Source of the DNA: Candidatus Iainarchaeum sp.
GTDB taxonomy: Archaea; Iainarchaeota; Iainarchaeia; JAFGOX01
NCBI GenBank assembly: GCA_016926295.1
Contig: JAFGOX010000032.1
Span: 1 to 49,728, forward strand
DNA length: 49,728 nt
Direction of reading: 5' to 3'
Shown here one piece after another: positions 18,653-28,049 of this stretch; positions within the stretch are counted from its first letter, which is position 1, and each line of letters starts with the position of its first letter. The notes below the pieces were generated by a model. The model was not told the DNA's origin, did not search any database, and worked only from the letters and a program-made list of their open reading frames with translations. The position numbers and the translations under genes were made by a program.

Positions 18653-20092
18653 ATGACACTAAGCCCCAAATACATCGTTGTTTTTTGGCTTTTTCTAGCT
18701 TTGCTGCTTTTTGTTTTTCCGGATTTTTATTTGCAGGCTCACGGAATCGCCAAGTTATTATTTGAAGGATATTCATACGGAAAACTTATGGCTTTCCTGT
18801 TATGGGAGATTTTCTTCTTTGCGATTATAGCTTTTGCGCCAAAACTAAAGTTCAAGCACAAGTTTGATCCTCTGCAAGCTTTAGGACTGGCAATTTTTGT
18901 AGGATTTATTTTTGGGGTAGTGCTTCAGCTGGGCGTAAACTCAATGATGGATGTTTCGCAGCATGGATACTTGGGAATATTAACTTCCTTCAACGGAACT
19001 GAAACATGGGAGGCCTCCCATTTAGGCCATATCCATTTGGGAAAGGTTGCAATCGCACCATTTGCTGAACTTGGGTTGCTAAATGGGGCAGTGGATAATG
19101 GAATTCCTGTTTTCCAAATGCTGCCCTTTGCATCACTGTTTTCTGTTGTTTTTATTCTCATTGCATTAGCAATAGCCGCATTTGCATTCCTAGAAATCCA
19201 GGAGAAAAAAATATCAACGCATGGAAAAATAATTCTAAGTGTTGCGGTCTTTGCATCAATTGTCACAATAATTGATGGCGGGGTTTTCACGCAGGTTGGA
19301 AAAATAGCAACCGGCCTAATTGTACTTTACTGGGCAACTGAATACATGAAAGGAAAGACAAAATTTGTCGCACAGCTTATTTTTCCCCTTGGTGCAGTAT
19401 TATTCATCCAGACAATCTTTGAGCTGTTTGCAAATTACCAGACTTTGTGGAGCACAGAGCCATTTGTTGTATTAATACTAAGTTTCTTTGTTATTGCCTA
19501 TGAATCCATAAAAGAACTTTTGAAGAAAAGAGACAATATTGAATGGGGGAAACTAATCGTATCATTGATTTTCATTTACTTCCTGTGGCAGCATCTCGAT
19601 TCATATCTAATAGACTATTCAGTAGGCAGTTACCCATCAATGGGGGATGAAATGAGTCTTTTCATTTACGGAATACCCCAAACCGCGACAGATTCTGATG
19701 TGATTTCAGGTTTATCGAAATACGGGGCAGTAAGCAAATTCGAAAGGTGGTCCTGGACAGCAAGGGCGGATTTGACCGTCACAAATCCTACAGCAACAAA
19801 TGTAATGGCAGAAGAAATGAAGGAAAAATTAAAACCAGATTCATACTTTTACATATTAAGGCTTTGGGAAGCGCAGACAATCTGGGTGATAGACCCGACA
19901 GGAAACGACGCTTTGGAGAAGCTGGATTCTGAATTTGTAAAAGTGACAAAAATAAAGGACATTGGAGGAAAAAGAAAAATAGGAGTGAGAACAAAAATGG
20001 ACCCGATATGGACCTCATTGTATCTGCTTGATTATCTAAAGATGATTGGCAGGGATGAGCCATTAGTTTTGGTTACGGACTGGTTTGAATGA
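18653..20092 (+). CDS. Polytopic membrane protein with a C-terminal soluble domain of about 150 aa; function unknown
   Basis: The product is 479 aa and transcribed divergently from 17212..18603. It overlaps the next gene by ATGA. Confidence 0.55.
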   Translation: MTLSPKYIVVFWLFLALLLFVFPDFYLQAHGIAKLLFEGYSYGKLMAFLLWEIFFFAIIAFAPKLKFKHKFDPLQALGLAIFVGFIFGVVLQLGVNSMMDVSQHGYLGILTSFNGTETWEASHLGHIHLGKVAIAPFAELGLLNGAVDNGIPVFQMLPFASLFSVVFILIALAIAAFAFLEIQEKKISTHGKIILSVAVFASIVTIIDGGVFTQVGKIATGLIVLYWATEYMKGKTKFVAQLIFPLGAVLFIQTIFELFANYQTLWSTEPFVVLILSFFVIAYESIKELLKKRDNIEWGKLIVSLIFIYFLWQHLDSYLIDYSVGSYPSMGDEMSLFIYGIPQTATDSDVISGLSKYGAVSKFERWSWTARADLTVTNPTATNVMAEEMKEKLKPDSYFYILRLWEAQTIWVIDPTGNDALEKLDSEFVKVTKIKDIGGKRKIGVRTKMDPIWTSLYLLDYLKMIGRDEPLVLVTDWFE

Positions 20093-22194
20093 TAACAGGA
20101 AAATCCGATTCAGTGTTTGTTGCAATATCACTTGCAGTGATATTCTGCTTGCTCTTGGTTCCAATCTGGGGAATTTTAAGCCCAAAAATATCATTCATAA
20201 GCATGGAGCTGCTCAACCACGACAAAGTAATCTACGGGGACAGCATATCAATGGTTTCATTCCAGATGACCCCCTACAACACAAGCAGCGACCTAATAAG
20301 GGATGTAAAAATCTACACCAATGACAATCTTGTGTTCAAAAAAGAAGCAACAATCACACCAGACGAGCCAACAAGAATGGGGCTGATGCTAAATGGAAGT
20401 GAAATGCAGCTCGGCGACAATCTCATAACAATCACAGCAGGAGAAAAATCATTATTTTACCACATAGAAAAACGGGAGGGCACAGGTATTTCTGAAAAAG
20501 TAGTTTTGCCGGATAAACTTCCTGAAACAGAATCACAGGACCCGTTATCACCAATAAAGCTGCCTTTGTTCTTTGCTTTATTCTTTATTCCGGGATGTTT
20601 CCTTTTCAGACACAAAGTAACGCTTGAAAGGCTTGCACTAACTTTTGCATTAGGTTGTACTTTATTCATAATTACTCCCTGGGTTCTGAACTATGGGGGG
20701 TTACTGAACAGTTTGAATCTTATTCTGGCACTTGGATTCATTTCCTTACTGGCCATAGTAATGAACTACAAAAAGAAAGCTCCAAAAGAAAAGAACGTGG
20801 AGATAAACCGGATAATGCTGCTTGTTTGCGCAGGAATAATACTGGCGGGAATACTGATGCTGTTCCTTCCTTCCCACTACAATCTCTGGAATGTGTTCTA
20901 TGAAAGATACTCAGAGCAAATGATTGGAAGCGGGACAATACCAATGGAAGACCCTTTCAGTTATCTTGGGAGGGGTTACACTTTTGTTGAGGGATATTTC
21001 CTGTTCAGTGCAGCAAGCGCATGGATTACAGGATACTCCGGAACAATGGTTTTTGGATTGGTTCAGGCAATGCTTAATGGATTCTTTATAATCTCTGTGC
21101 TGAATTTCGGCCGCTCACTTGGATTCAAGCTAAAAGAACAGCTTCTCGTTTTGCTTTTCCTACTTGCATCAGTCTTCATATTTGTAACCTTTGCAATGTC
21201 GCCAAAGCACATACTCGCACTGGCATTATTGTTAACCGCAACAGCATACATGATTGAACGGGATAAATTTGTAATATCCGGCGGATTGGCTGCAATGGCA
21301 GCATACTCACAAGCGCTAATGGGCGTGATGTATCCTATTCTTTATTTGCTTTTTGTAAAAAAGACAGACTGGCCGAAGTTCCTGAAAAGTATTGCAATAA
21401 TGCTGCTTGTGTTTGCTATAATTTACCTTCCGATATATGCGCACTCTGGCCTTCCGTATGAAGTAAATGAGTCAACATGGGGCTATCTGATAAAGGCGGA
21501 CGTCAGTCAGGCAATTACAGACCTTGGCGGATTAGTCGCAGTTCTTCTGATTATAGGGGCTGCAGCAACCATAGGAAAATGGAAGAAAATAAAATTCAGG
21601 CAGAAGAAAATAATCCTGTTCACTTTGCTTTTTGTCTTTGCAGAAATATTCATCACATACAGGGCAAACATTTTCCTTTCACTGACTCTTGCAGTAGGAT
21701 TCATCTACGCATTCAAAGACAATTTCAAGGACAAGTGGCTTTACATTGTAATTTTGCTGATTGCTTTATTCTCAATATACCTGAACTTCCAGGTACTGCA
21801 GTGGTCGACTCTGGATGAAGCATTAATCAGTTCCGGAACCTTCATTAATCTGAACAGCAATGAAAACGCAAGAATATTAAGTGACCCGCTGTATGGCCAT
21901 GCAGTAACCTATTTCGCACAAAGGCCGGCATTATCAGACTTATATGTGGAATACGCAAGTGAAGAAAAGCTCAATGATACATACGATTTCATAATAAATG
22001 AAAACCTGGCTGTGCTTCAAAAATACAAAATAGATTATGTAATGATAAACAGGAATTCAATAATAAATGAGGCAAGGAATGTAATTAATTATCCAAAACC
22101 AAAGGAATTCACAACCTTGGATAAGATAATTAGCGCAAAGGAAATAGATGTATACGCAACGCAGGTTGGTAATTATGGTCAAACCGCAAACTAA
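20089..22194 (+). CDS. Large polytopic membrane protein with an N-terminal extracytoplasmic beta-rich domain, possibly GT-C-like
   Basis: The product is 701 aa. One TM helix is followed by a soluble segment of about 140 aa and then many TM helices. The C-terminal tail (..KYKIDYVMINRNS..) resembles that of 17212..18603. Confidence 0.55.
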   Translation: MITGKSDSVFVAISLAVIFCLLLVPIWGILSPKISFISMELLNHDKVIYGDSISMVSFQMTPYNTSSDLIRDVKIYTNDNLVFKKEATITPDEPTRMGLMLNGSEMQLGDNLITITAGEKSLFYHIEKREGTGISEKVVLPDKLPETESQDPLSPIKLPLFFALFFIPGCFLFRHKVTLERLALTFALGCTLFIITPWVLNYGGLLNSLNLILALGFISLLAIVMNYKKKAPKEKNVEINRIMLLVCAGIILAGILMLFLPSHYNLWNVFYERYSEQMIGSGTIPMEDPFSYLGRGYTFVEGYFLFSAASAWITGYSGTMVFGLVQAMLNGFFIISVLNFGRSLGFKLKEQLLVLLFLLASVFIFVTFAMSPKHILALALLLTATAYMIERDKFVISGGLAAMAAYSQALMGVMYPILYLLFVKKTDWPKFLKSIAIMLLVFAIIYLPIYAHSGLPYEVNESTWGYLIKADVSQAITDLGGLVAVLLIIGAAATIGKWKKIKFRQKKIILFTLLFVFAEIFITYRANIFLSLTLAVGFIYAFKDNFKDKWLYIVILLIALFSIYLNFQVLQWSTLDEALISSGTFINLNSNENARILSDPLYGHAVTYFAQRPALSDLYVEYASEEKLNDTYDFIINENLAVLQKYKIDYVMINRNSIINEARNVINYPKPKEFTTLDKIISAKEIDVYATQVGNYGQTAN

Positions 22195-22483
22195 AAACAA
22201 AATGCAAGATGTGGCAAAAGAAAGAATTGCTAAACTCTTTGAATTAGCCAGAAAAGAATTTGACAAATATCCTGAACGCTCAAACAAATATGTCAAACAG
22301 GCAAGAGACATAGCAACAAGATACAATGTTCGCTTTCCAAAATCATTAAAGATTCAGTTTTGTAAAAAATGCGGAGTATTCTGGGTGCAAGGAAAAAACG
22401 TAACAGTAAGAACTAATAAGAAAACTAAATCTGTAGAATACGAATGCAAAGAATGCAAGGCAAAGAAACGGTTTGGCTACTAA
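22175..22483 (+). CDS. rnp4: RNase P protein component 4 (Rpr2/RNP4)
   Basis: The product has ERIAKLFELARKEF...YVKQARDIATRYNVRFP...FCKKCG...CKECK, a zinc ribbon typical of Rpr2. The start could be 22148, 22175 or 22202. Confidence 0.75.
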   Translation: MVKPQTKNKMQDVAKERIAKLFELARKEFDKYPERSNKYVKQARDIATRYNVRFPKSLKIQFCKKCGVFWVQGKNVTVRTNKKTKSVEYECKECKAKKRFGY

Positions 22484-22965
22484 TTCTTTTTCTCTAAATA
22501 ATTCTTAATTGCTGCGCGTAGAGCCTGGTCGCCCAAAACAGAACAATGGAATTTTCTTGGTGGTAAATCGCCTAGTCTTTTAACTATGTCCTGCGCGGTT
22601 AGTTTCAACGCGTCTTCTATTTTCATTCCGCCATTCTCAGTTACCATAACAGAAAGAATGGATGTACTGGCAATTGCTGATGCACAACCAAAAGTCTGCC
22701 ATTTGCATTCTACAATCTTCCCATCTTTAACTTTAATCCACATCTTCATTACGTCCCCACAGGCAGGAGAACCGACCATTGCTTCGCCATCAGCTTTGTA
22801 ATTTTCAGCTTCTTCTTTTGTCTTGAAAATATTTCTAGGATTAAAGAAATGATCGCGAACATTCTCATTGTAAAACCATTCTCTAAGTGTTTCAATGTCT
22901 TCCTTTTCCTTTACATCACATTGTTCAGCAACAGGGCAGGTTTCACATTTGTTCTTTTCACTCAT
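22480..22965 (-). CDS. IscU/NifU-like Fe-S scaffold with a Cys-rich N-terminal extension
   Basis: The three scaffold cysteines lie in the contexts SPACGD, FGCASA and FHCSV. The N-terminus carries CETCPVAEQC. It overlaps nifS by 8 nt. Confidence 0.85.
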   Translation of the reverse strand: MSEKNKCETCPVAEQCDVKEKEDIETLREWFYNENVRDHFFNPRNIFKTKEEAENYKADGEAMVGSPACGDVMKMWIKVKDGKIVECKWQTFGCASAIASTSILSVMVTENGGMKIEDALKLTAQDIVKRLGDLPPRKFHCSVLGDQALRAAIKNYLEKKN

Positions 22966-24157
22966 TTTTATTCCACTCCTCTAAAATCTTTTCCAAATCA
23001 ACTTCTACAGGAGACATATTTCTAAGTTCTTCAATTATTTTTGGAAGAACGTCTAAAACATAATCAATATCTTCTTCAGTTGTTCTATGCCCCAAAGAAA
23101 ATCTTACGCTTCCATGTGCAATTTCATCTGGCATTCCTGTTGCAGTAACAACATAAGATGCCTCTAATGTTTTTGATGTGCAGGCAGAGCCAGTTGATAC
23201 ATAGATTCCTAGTGCATCCAATCTCAAAATAATGGATTCCCCTTCAACATCTGCAAATGCAATATTCAAATTGTTTGGAAGTCTTTCTGTTGGATGTCCG
23301 TTCAATAAGGTTTTTGGAATTTCTAAAAGTCCTTTCTTTAATTTATCTCTTAACAAAATTAATCTTTTTGATTCTTCATCTTTAGAAGTTTGCGCTAATT
23401 CCAAAGCTTTTGCAAAACCAACTATTGATGGAATGTTTTCAGTTCCGCTTCTCAAACCTTTTTCTTGTCCTCCGCCATGAATAATTGGCTCTATTTTAAC
23501 TCCATCTCTTACATATAACAATCCAATTCCTTTTGGACCATAAAGTTTACTTCCATTCAAAGTCATTAAGTCAACACCAAGCTCCTTGACATCAATTGAT
23601 AGTTGTCCACCCGCCTGGCAAGCATCAGTATGGAAAAGAATTCCTTTTTCCTTGGCAATTTTAGAAATTTCTTTGATTGGTTCGATTGTTCCAATTTCAT
23701 TATTGGCATACATTATTGTAATCAGGATTGTATCATTTCTGATTGCCTTCTTCAAATCATTCAACCTAATCTGGCCATACTTGTCAACATCCAAATAAGT
23801 GACTTCATAACCGTCTTTCTCCAAGGCCTTGCAGGAGTCCAAAACCGCATGGTGCTCAATTTTACAAGTGATTATATGACGTCCTTTTTCCTTATTAGCC
23901 CTTGCTACGCCTTTAATCGCCAAATTATCGCTTTCTGTTCCACTTCCGACAAAATAAACTTCTAAAGGAAGGGCATTTATTAGCTCTGCTACGGTTTTAC
24001 GGGCATTTCTAAGTGCCCCTTTAGCCTTAAGTCCCTTGCTGTTAAACGCACTTGGATTACCAAAACGCTCACAAAAATAAGGGTCCATAGCCGATTTTAC
24101 CTCTGGCAAAACGTAAGTCGTAGCTGCGTGGTCAAGATATATATCCCTAGTCTCCAT
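22958..24157 (-). CDS. Cysteine desulfurase (NifS/IscS class)
   Basis: The product is 399 aa. The PLP-lysine region is NGSKLYGPKGIG and the active-site loop is STGSACTS. Confidence 0.9.
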   Translation of the reverse strand: METRDIYLDHAATTYVLPEVKSAMDPYFCERFGNPSAFNSKGLKAKGALRNARKTVAELINALPLEVYFVGSGTESDNLAIKGVARANKEKGRHIITCKIEHHAVLDSCKALEKDGYEVTYLDVDKYGQIRLNDLKKAIRNDTILITIMYANNEIGTIEPIKEISKIAKEKGILFHTDACQAGGQLSIDVKELGVDLMTLNGSKLYGPKGIGLLYVRDGVKIEPIIHGGGQEKGLRSGTENIPSIVGFAKALELAQTSKDEESKRLILLRDKLKKGLLEIPKTLLNGHPTERLPNNLNIAFADVEGESIILRLDALGIYVSTGSACTSKTLEASYVVTATGMPDEIAHGSVRFSLGHRTTEEDIDYVLDVLPKIIEELRNMSPVEVDLEKILEEWNKNE

Positions 24158-24332
24158 AAAATCACATACAAACAGTAACTAATATTTGCCAGGATTATTA
24201 TAAAAAGTTAACGATTGTTAATTATAGCTAAAACCGGTATAATATTAAGTATTTAAAGGCTTCGTGGCCGATTATATATTATAAGAACCAAAAAACAAAA
24301 ACGGTTTTTATAAGCCAACTGGAGGTTTTTGC

Positions 24333-24785
24333 ATGGCTACAGCATACGATGTACCTGCAGCTACCTTAATTAACCGCGTGGCTGCGGATTTCAAAGGAAG
24401 ATCCGAATTTAAAGCCCCGGAATGGTCGCTGTATGTTAAAACTGGCCCTCATGTACAAAGGGCACCAGATAATCCTGACTGGTGGTATGTCAGAACTGCC
24501 ACTGTGTTGAGGAGAATCTATATGGACGGTCCTGTCGGAACACAAAGACTTAGGACCTACTTCGGTGGAAGAAAAAACAGGGGAATAAGACCGCACACAC
24601 AACAAAGATCCGGAGGAAAAATAATTAGAGTTGCTTTGCAGCAACTAGAGAAAGCAGGTTACATAAAATCCTTCGAAAAGAAAGGAAGAGTTATAACGCC
24701 TGCAGGGAAAAAATATTTAGATAAACTCGCCATTGAGCTAAAAAAGGAATTAGAAAAAACACGCCCCGAATTAGCAAAATACTAG
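24333..24785 (+). CDS. rps19e: Ribosomal protein eS19 (S19e)
   Basis: The product is 150 aa and contains DVPAATLINRVA...PDWWYVRTATVLRRIY...GGRKNRG. It also sits in the expected position of the conserved archaeal gene order. Confidence 0.9.
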   Translation: MATAYDVPAATLINRVAADFKGRSEFKAPEWSLYVKTGPHVQRAPDNPDWWYVRTATVLRRIYMDGPVGTQRLRTYFGGRKNRGIRPHTQQRSGGKIIRVALQQLEKAGYIKSFEKKGRVITPAGKKYLDKLAIELKKELEKTRPELAKY

Positions 24786-24794
24786 GTGGCTCAA

Positions 24795-25118
24795 ATGGTT
24801 ACTGAAGCAGAACTCAACGAGTTAAGGCAAAGAAAATTGGCAGAGATTCAGCAACAGGCAATGCAACAAGAGCAACAAGTTGCAGCAATAGAATCACAAA
24901 TCAATATTCTCTTGTCCAGACTATTATCTCCGGAAGCAAAGGCAAGACTGACAAACATAAAACTCGTGAATCCGGAAAAATACGCGCAGGTTGTCCAGCT
25001 TCTGGCATATCTTGCACAGAGCGGACAATTAAAAGACAAAGTTTCTGATGAAGAACTGAAAGCGCTGCTTCAGAAAATGAGTGGAGAAAAAAGAGAAACT
25101 AAAATAAAAAGAATTTAG
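24795..25118 (+). CDS. PDCD5/TFAR19-family dsDNA-binding protein
   Basis: The segment LLSRLLSPEAKARLTNIKLVNPEKYAQVVQLLAYLAQSGQL is typical of the family. AGGTGG lies 7 nt upstream of ATG 24795. Confidence 0.8.
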   Translation: MVTEAELNELRQRKLAEIQQQAMQQEQQVAAIESQINILLSRLLSPEAKARLTNIKLVNPEKYAQVVQLLAYLAQSGQLKDKVSDEELKALLQKMSGEKRETKIKRI

Positions 25119-25127
25119 GTGAAAACT

Positions 25128-25298
25128 ATGACAAAAAAAAGTTCACACTTGAAGGAATATCTTAACGCAGTAAGAAAAATAAGATCCAGAGCACCTATTT
25201 GGACCTGGGCAAAATCAGGTTCAAGAATCCAAACAAGAAAAAAGAACTGGAGAGAAGCAACTGTAGGAAAAGATTACAGAAATGAATTTGGAAGATAG
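25128..25298 (+). CDS. rpl39e: Ribosomal protein eL39 (L39e), a small ORF absent from the supplied track
   Basis: My hand translation gives MTKKSSHLKEYLNAVRKIRSRAPIWTWAKSGSRIQTRKKNWREATVGKDYRNEFGR (56 aa). It is basic, contains the P-x-W motif, and lies between the PDCD5-like gene and L31e as in other archaea. Confidence 0.65.
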   Translation: MTKKSSHLKEYLNAVRKIRSRAPIWTWAKSGSRIQTRKKNWREATVGKDYRNEFGR

Positions 25299-25306
25299 GC
25301 GATAAT

Positions 25307-25783
25307 ATGGTAGAAGAAATAAGAAAATATACTGTACCACTTAGGGAATCTTACAAAAGGACTCGTGTACACCGCGCGCAAAGAGCCATAAAGGACGTAC
25401 GTGCTTTTGTCTCAAAACACATGAAAACAAGTGAAGACAATGTGATACTTGAGGAAAGCATCAACCACACAGTATGGTCAAGAAGCGGTAAGAAAGTTGT
25501 GCCGAAAATAACAATAGAAACTGAAAGGACAAAAGAAGGAAAAGTAAGGGCATGGGTTGCAGGAAAGAGAAAAGTAGTTGAAAAACCAAAGGAAGAAAAG
25601 AAACCTGCAAAGAAAGAAGAAAAGCCTGATGAAAAAGAGGCAGAGAAGAAAGAGGAAACCAAAGGGGAAAAGGAAGAAAAAGCAGCAAAGGAAGCACCCA
25701 AGAAAGCCGGACAAAAAGCTGTGAAGGAAAAAACAACTCCTACAAAACAACCACGACAGGCCTTGCAATCAAAAGGCAGGTAA
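25307..25783 (+). CDS. rpl31e: Ribosomal protein eL31 (L31e) with a long K/E-rich C-terminal tail
   Basis: About the first 85 aa (YTVPLRESYKRTRVHRAQRAIKDVRAFVSKHMK...) are L31e-like. The remaining roughly 70 aa are K/E/P-rich. Confidence 0.85.
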   Translation: MVEEIRKYTVPLRESYKRTRVHRAQRAIKDVRAFVSKHMKTSEDNVILEESINHTVWSRSGKKVVPKITIETERTKEGKVRAWVAGKRKVVEKPKEEKKPAKKEEKPDEKEAEKKEETKGEKEEKAAKEAPKKAGQKAVKEKTTPTKQPRQALQSKGR

Positions 25784-25786
25784 CAA

Positions 25787-26446
25787 ATGAACATAAACAA
25801 ACTGAGTCTGCAGAATAATCCCTATATTGGATTGTTCTGTAGTACTAATGACAAGATAACCTTAGTTCCCAGTCTCTCAACAGCGAAAGAGATTAACATA
25901 ATCAGGGATATGCTGGGAACAGAAGTCATAAAGACGCGGGTTTGCGGAACCTACTTAATCGGGGTTTTTGTCAGGGGAAACAGCAAGAACTTTGTTATTG
26001 GAGACGCATTGTCTGAAGATGAAAAGCAAAAGCTGAAAGACCTTGGTCTGAAACTGGTTGAAATACCCTCTAATTTGAACGCATTCGGAAATCTTATTGC
26101 ATGCAATGACAAAGCAGCAATAATCGCACCTGAACTAAAAGACAAAAAGAAGCAGATAGAGAAGGCGCTTGATGTAAAGGCAAAGGAAATGATAATTGCC
26201 GGGCTGAACATTGTAGGCTCATGCTTAACTGTGACAAATAAAGGTTTTGTTGTAAATCCAAACATAAGCGAGAAGGATTTCAAAGGTCTTGAGAAATTGT
26301 TCGGAGTAAAAGGAATAGTATCAACTGCAAACTATGGAGACAGGTTTGTATCACATTCAGTATTGGCAAACTCAAACGGGGCAGTAGTCGGAACACTAAC
26401 TACAAGTCCGGAAATAATTCACATAACTGAAGGTTTAAATTTATAG
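25787..26446 (+). CDS. eif6: Translation initiation factor 6 (aIF6)
   Basis: The product is 219 aa with pentein-like internal repeats. NPYIGLF is present, and the position in the cluster fits. Confidence 0.85.
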   Translation: MNINKLSLQNNPYIGLFCSTNDKITLVPSLSTAKEINIIRDMLGTEVIKTRVCGTYLIGVFVRGNSKNFVIGDALSEDEKQKLKDLGLKLVEIPSNLNAFGNLIACNDKAAIIAPELKDKKKQIEKALDVKAKEMIIAGLNIVGSCLTVTNKGFVVNPNISEKDFKGLEKLFGVKGIVSTANYGDRFVSHSVLANSNGAVVGTLTTSPEIIHITEGLNL

Positions 26447-26456
26447 GAGGAATAAT

Positions 26457-26909
26457 ATGGCAGCAAAAAAGGAAAAGAGTGAAGGCAGCGGACTCCAAGG
26501 ACTAAAAGAAAATCCGCAAATTATGATGGCCGTTATCAACTCAGGAAGAGAAAGACTGGCAATGATGCAGCAGGAAATGGCACAATTAAACTCAAGAATG
26601 GCAGAAATAGACATTGCAATTAAAACTTTGCAGTACATGGAAAAGAATCAGGACGAAAGACTAATGCTTCCAATTGGCGCAGGCGTATACATACAAGCAG
26701 GAATCCCAAAAGACTCACAAATCTACAGTGAAATTGGCTCCGGAGCAATACTAAAGAAAGACAGAAAAGAAGCCTTGGAAATACTTGAAGATGCAAAGGG
26801 CAAGGCCGAGCAGTTGCAAAGACAGATACTTATCGAGCAATCACAGATTACAGCAAAGATAAATGAAACAAGCATGAAGCTGCAAGAAATGATGGGCCAG
26901 AAGAAGTAA
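26457..26909 (+). CDS. pfdA: Prefoldin alpha subunit
   Basis: Coiled-coil regions flank a central beta-hairpin region (MLPIGAGVYIQAGIPKDSQIYSEIGSGAILKKD). A GGAGG lies upstream. Confidence 0.8.
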   Translation: MAAKKEKSEGSGLQGLKENPQIMMAVINSGRERLAMMQQEMAQLNSRMAEIDIAIKTLQYMEKNQDERLMLPIGAGVYIQAGIPKDSQIYSEIGSGAILKKDRKEALEILEDAKGKAEQLQRQILIEQSQITAKINETSMKLQEMMGQKK

Positions 26910-26917
26910 GGTGAAAA

Positions 26918-28045
26918 ATGTTCGACTTCCTGAAAAAGAAGTTAGGTAATGCTATCAACAGCTTTTCAAAAAAGGTAGAGGAATCTTCAACTGAAAAGGA
27001 AGAGAAAAGGATAGAAGAGCCCATCAAAGAAGAAACGCCTGTTGAAGAGGTCGTGGAAGAAGAACTGGCAGAGGAAACACCAACAGAGCCCTTGCCGGAA
27101 ATCAAAACTATTGAAAAGACGATTGAAATTTCCAAAATAAAAAAGACCGAAGAGGAAAGCAAAAAATTCAAGGCAAAGCTCAAAACAAAACTGAAACACG
27201 GATTAATCGGAAAAATAAAGCTAAGCGAAAAGGAAATCAGCGAATTCTGCTGGGATTTTGAAATGCTTCTGATGGAAAGCGATGTTGAAATAGAAGCAGC
27301 CCAGAAATTAAGCTCAGAACTAAAAGAAATACTTTTGGGCAGCGAATTAACTCGCGGGGACATTACCTCGCAGATAAAAAATCTGATTAGGCAGGTACTT
27401 GAAAAGAACATGGCAGAGGAAAACTTCGACCTTGTTGAAAAGTCAAAGGAAAATCAGCCCTTTATCATAATGTTTATAGGCCCGAATGGCGCAGGAAAGA
27501 CTACTACCATTGCAAAAATAGCAAACATGTTCCTGGAAAACAAAAAGACTGTCGTATTGGCGGCCGCAGATACATTCAGGGCAGGAAGCATACAGCAGAT
27601 AGAAGAACATGCAAAGAAACTGAATGTAAAGGTTGTGAAGCATGATTATGGGGCAGACCCTGCAGCCGTGGCTTATGACGCGGTGGCAAGCGCAAAGGCA
27701 AACAAGACAGATGTCGTCCTGATAGACACGGCAGGAAGGCAACAGACAAATGTGAACCTAATGGATGAATTGGGAAAGGTAAACCGCGTTGCCAAACCAA
27801 ACCTGAAGATTTTTGTCGGAGAGGCGCTTGCAGGACAGGCATTGATAGACCAGGTTGAAACATTCAAGGAAAAAATCGGTCTTGACGGGGTAATACTCAC
27901 AAAGATAGACACTGATGTGAAAGGTGGGGGCGCAATATCAATACTGACAAAACTAAACCTGCCAATACTTTATGTCGGAACCGGACAGAAATACTCAGAT
28001 ATAATAAGATTTACCCCTGAGTTAATACTGGACAGGATACTGTGA
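26918..28045 (+). CDS. ftsY: SRP receptor FtsY
   Basis: An acidic N-terminal region is followed by an NG domain with GPNGAGKTTT, DTAGR and TKID. Confidence 0.92.
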   Translation: MFDFLKKKLGNAINSFSKKVEESSTEKEEKRIEEPIKEETPVEEVVEEELAEETPTEPLPEIKTIEKTIEISKIKKTEEESKKFKAKLKTKLKHGLIGKIKLSEKEISEFCWDFEMLLMESDVEIEAAQKLSSELKEILLGSELTRGDITSQIKNLIRQVLEKNMAEENFDLVEKSKENQPFIIMFIGPNGAGKTTTIAKIANMFLENKKTVVLAAADTFRAGSIQQIEEHAKKLNVKVVKHDYGADPAAVAYDAVASAKANKTDVVLIDTAGRQQTNVNLMDELGKVNRVAKPNLKIFVGEALAGQALIDQVETFKEKIGLDGVILTKIDTDVKGGGAISILTKLNLPILYVGTGQKYSDIIRFTPELILDRIL

Positions 28046-28049
28046 TAAA

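Noticed and set aside
24297-24309. The palindrome AAAAAC-g-GTTTTT, and a nearby TTAAC-gatt-GTTAA, lie in the 175-bp nifS/rps19e divergent spacer. They could be an operator or an origin element.
   Set aside because: These are low-complexity A/T palindromes overlapping a probable TATA box (TTTTTATAA). They are not repeated elsewhere in the window.
25351-27411. Minus-strand ORFs antisense to the L31e tail (149, 96 and 91 aa) and to the ftsY acidic domain (187 aa).
   Set aside because: They are generated by the purine-rich K/E-coding sense strand, which has no stops on the complement. They have no motifs and overlap confident genes.
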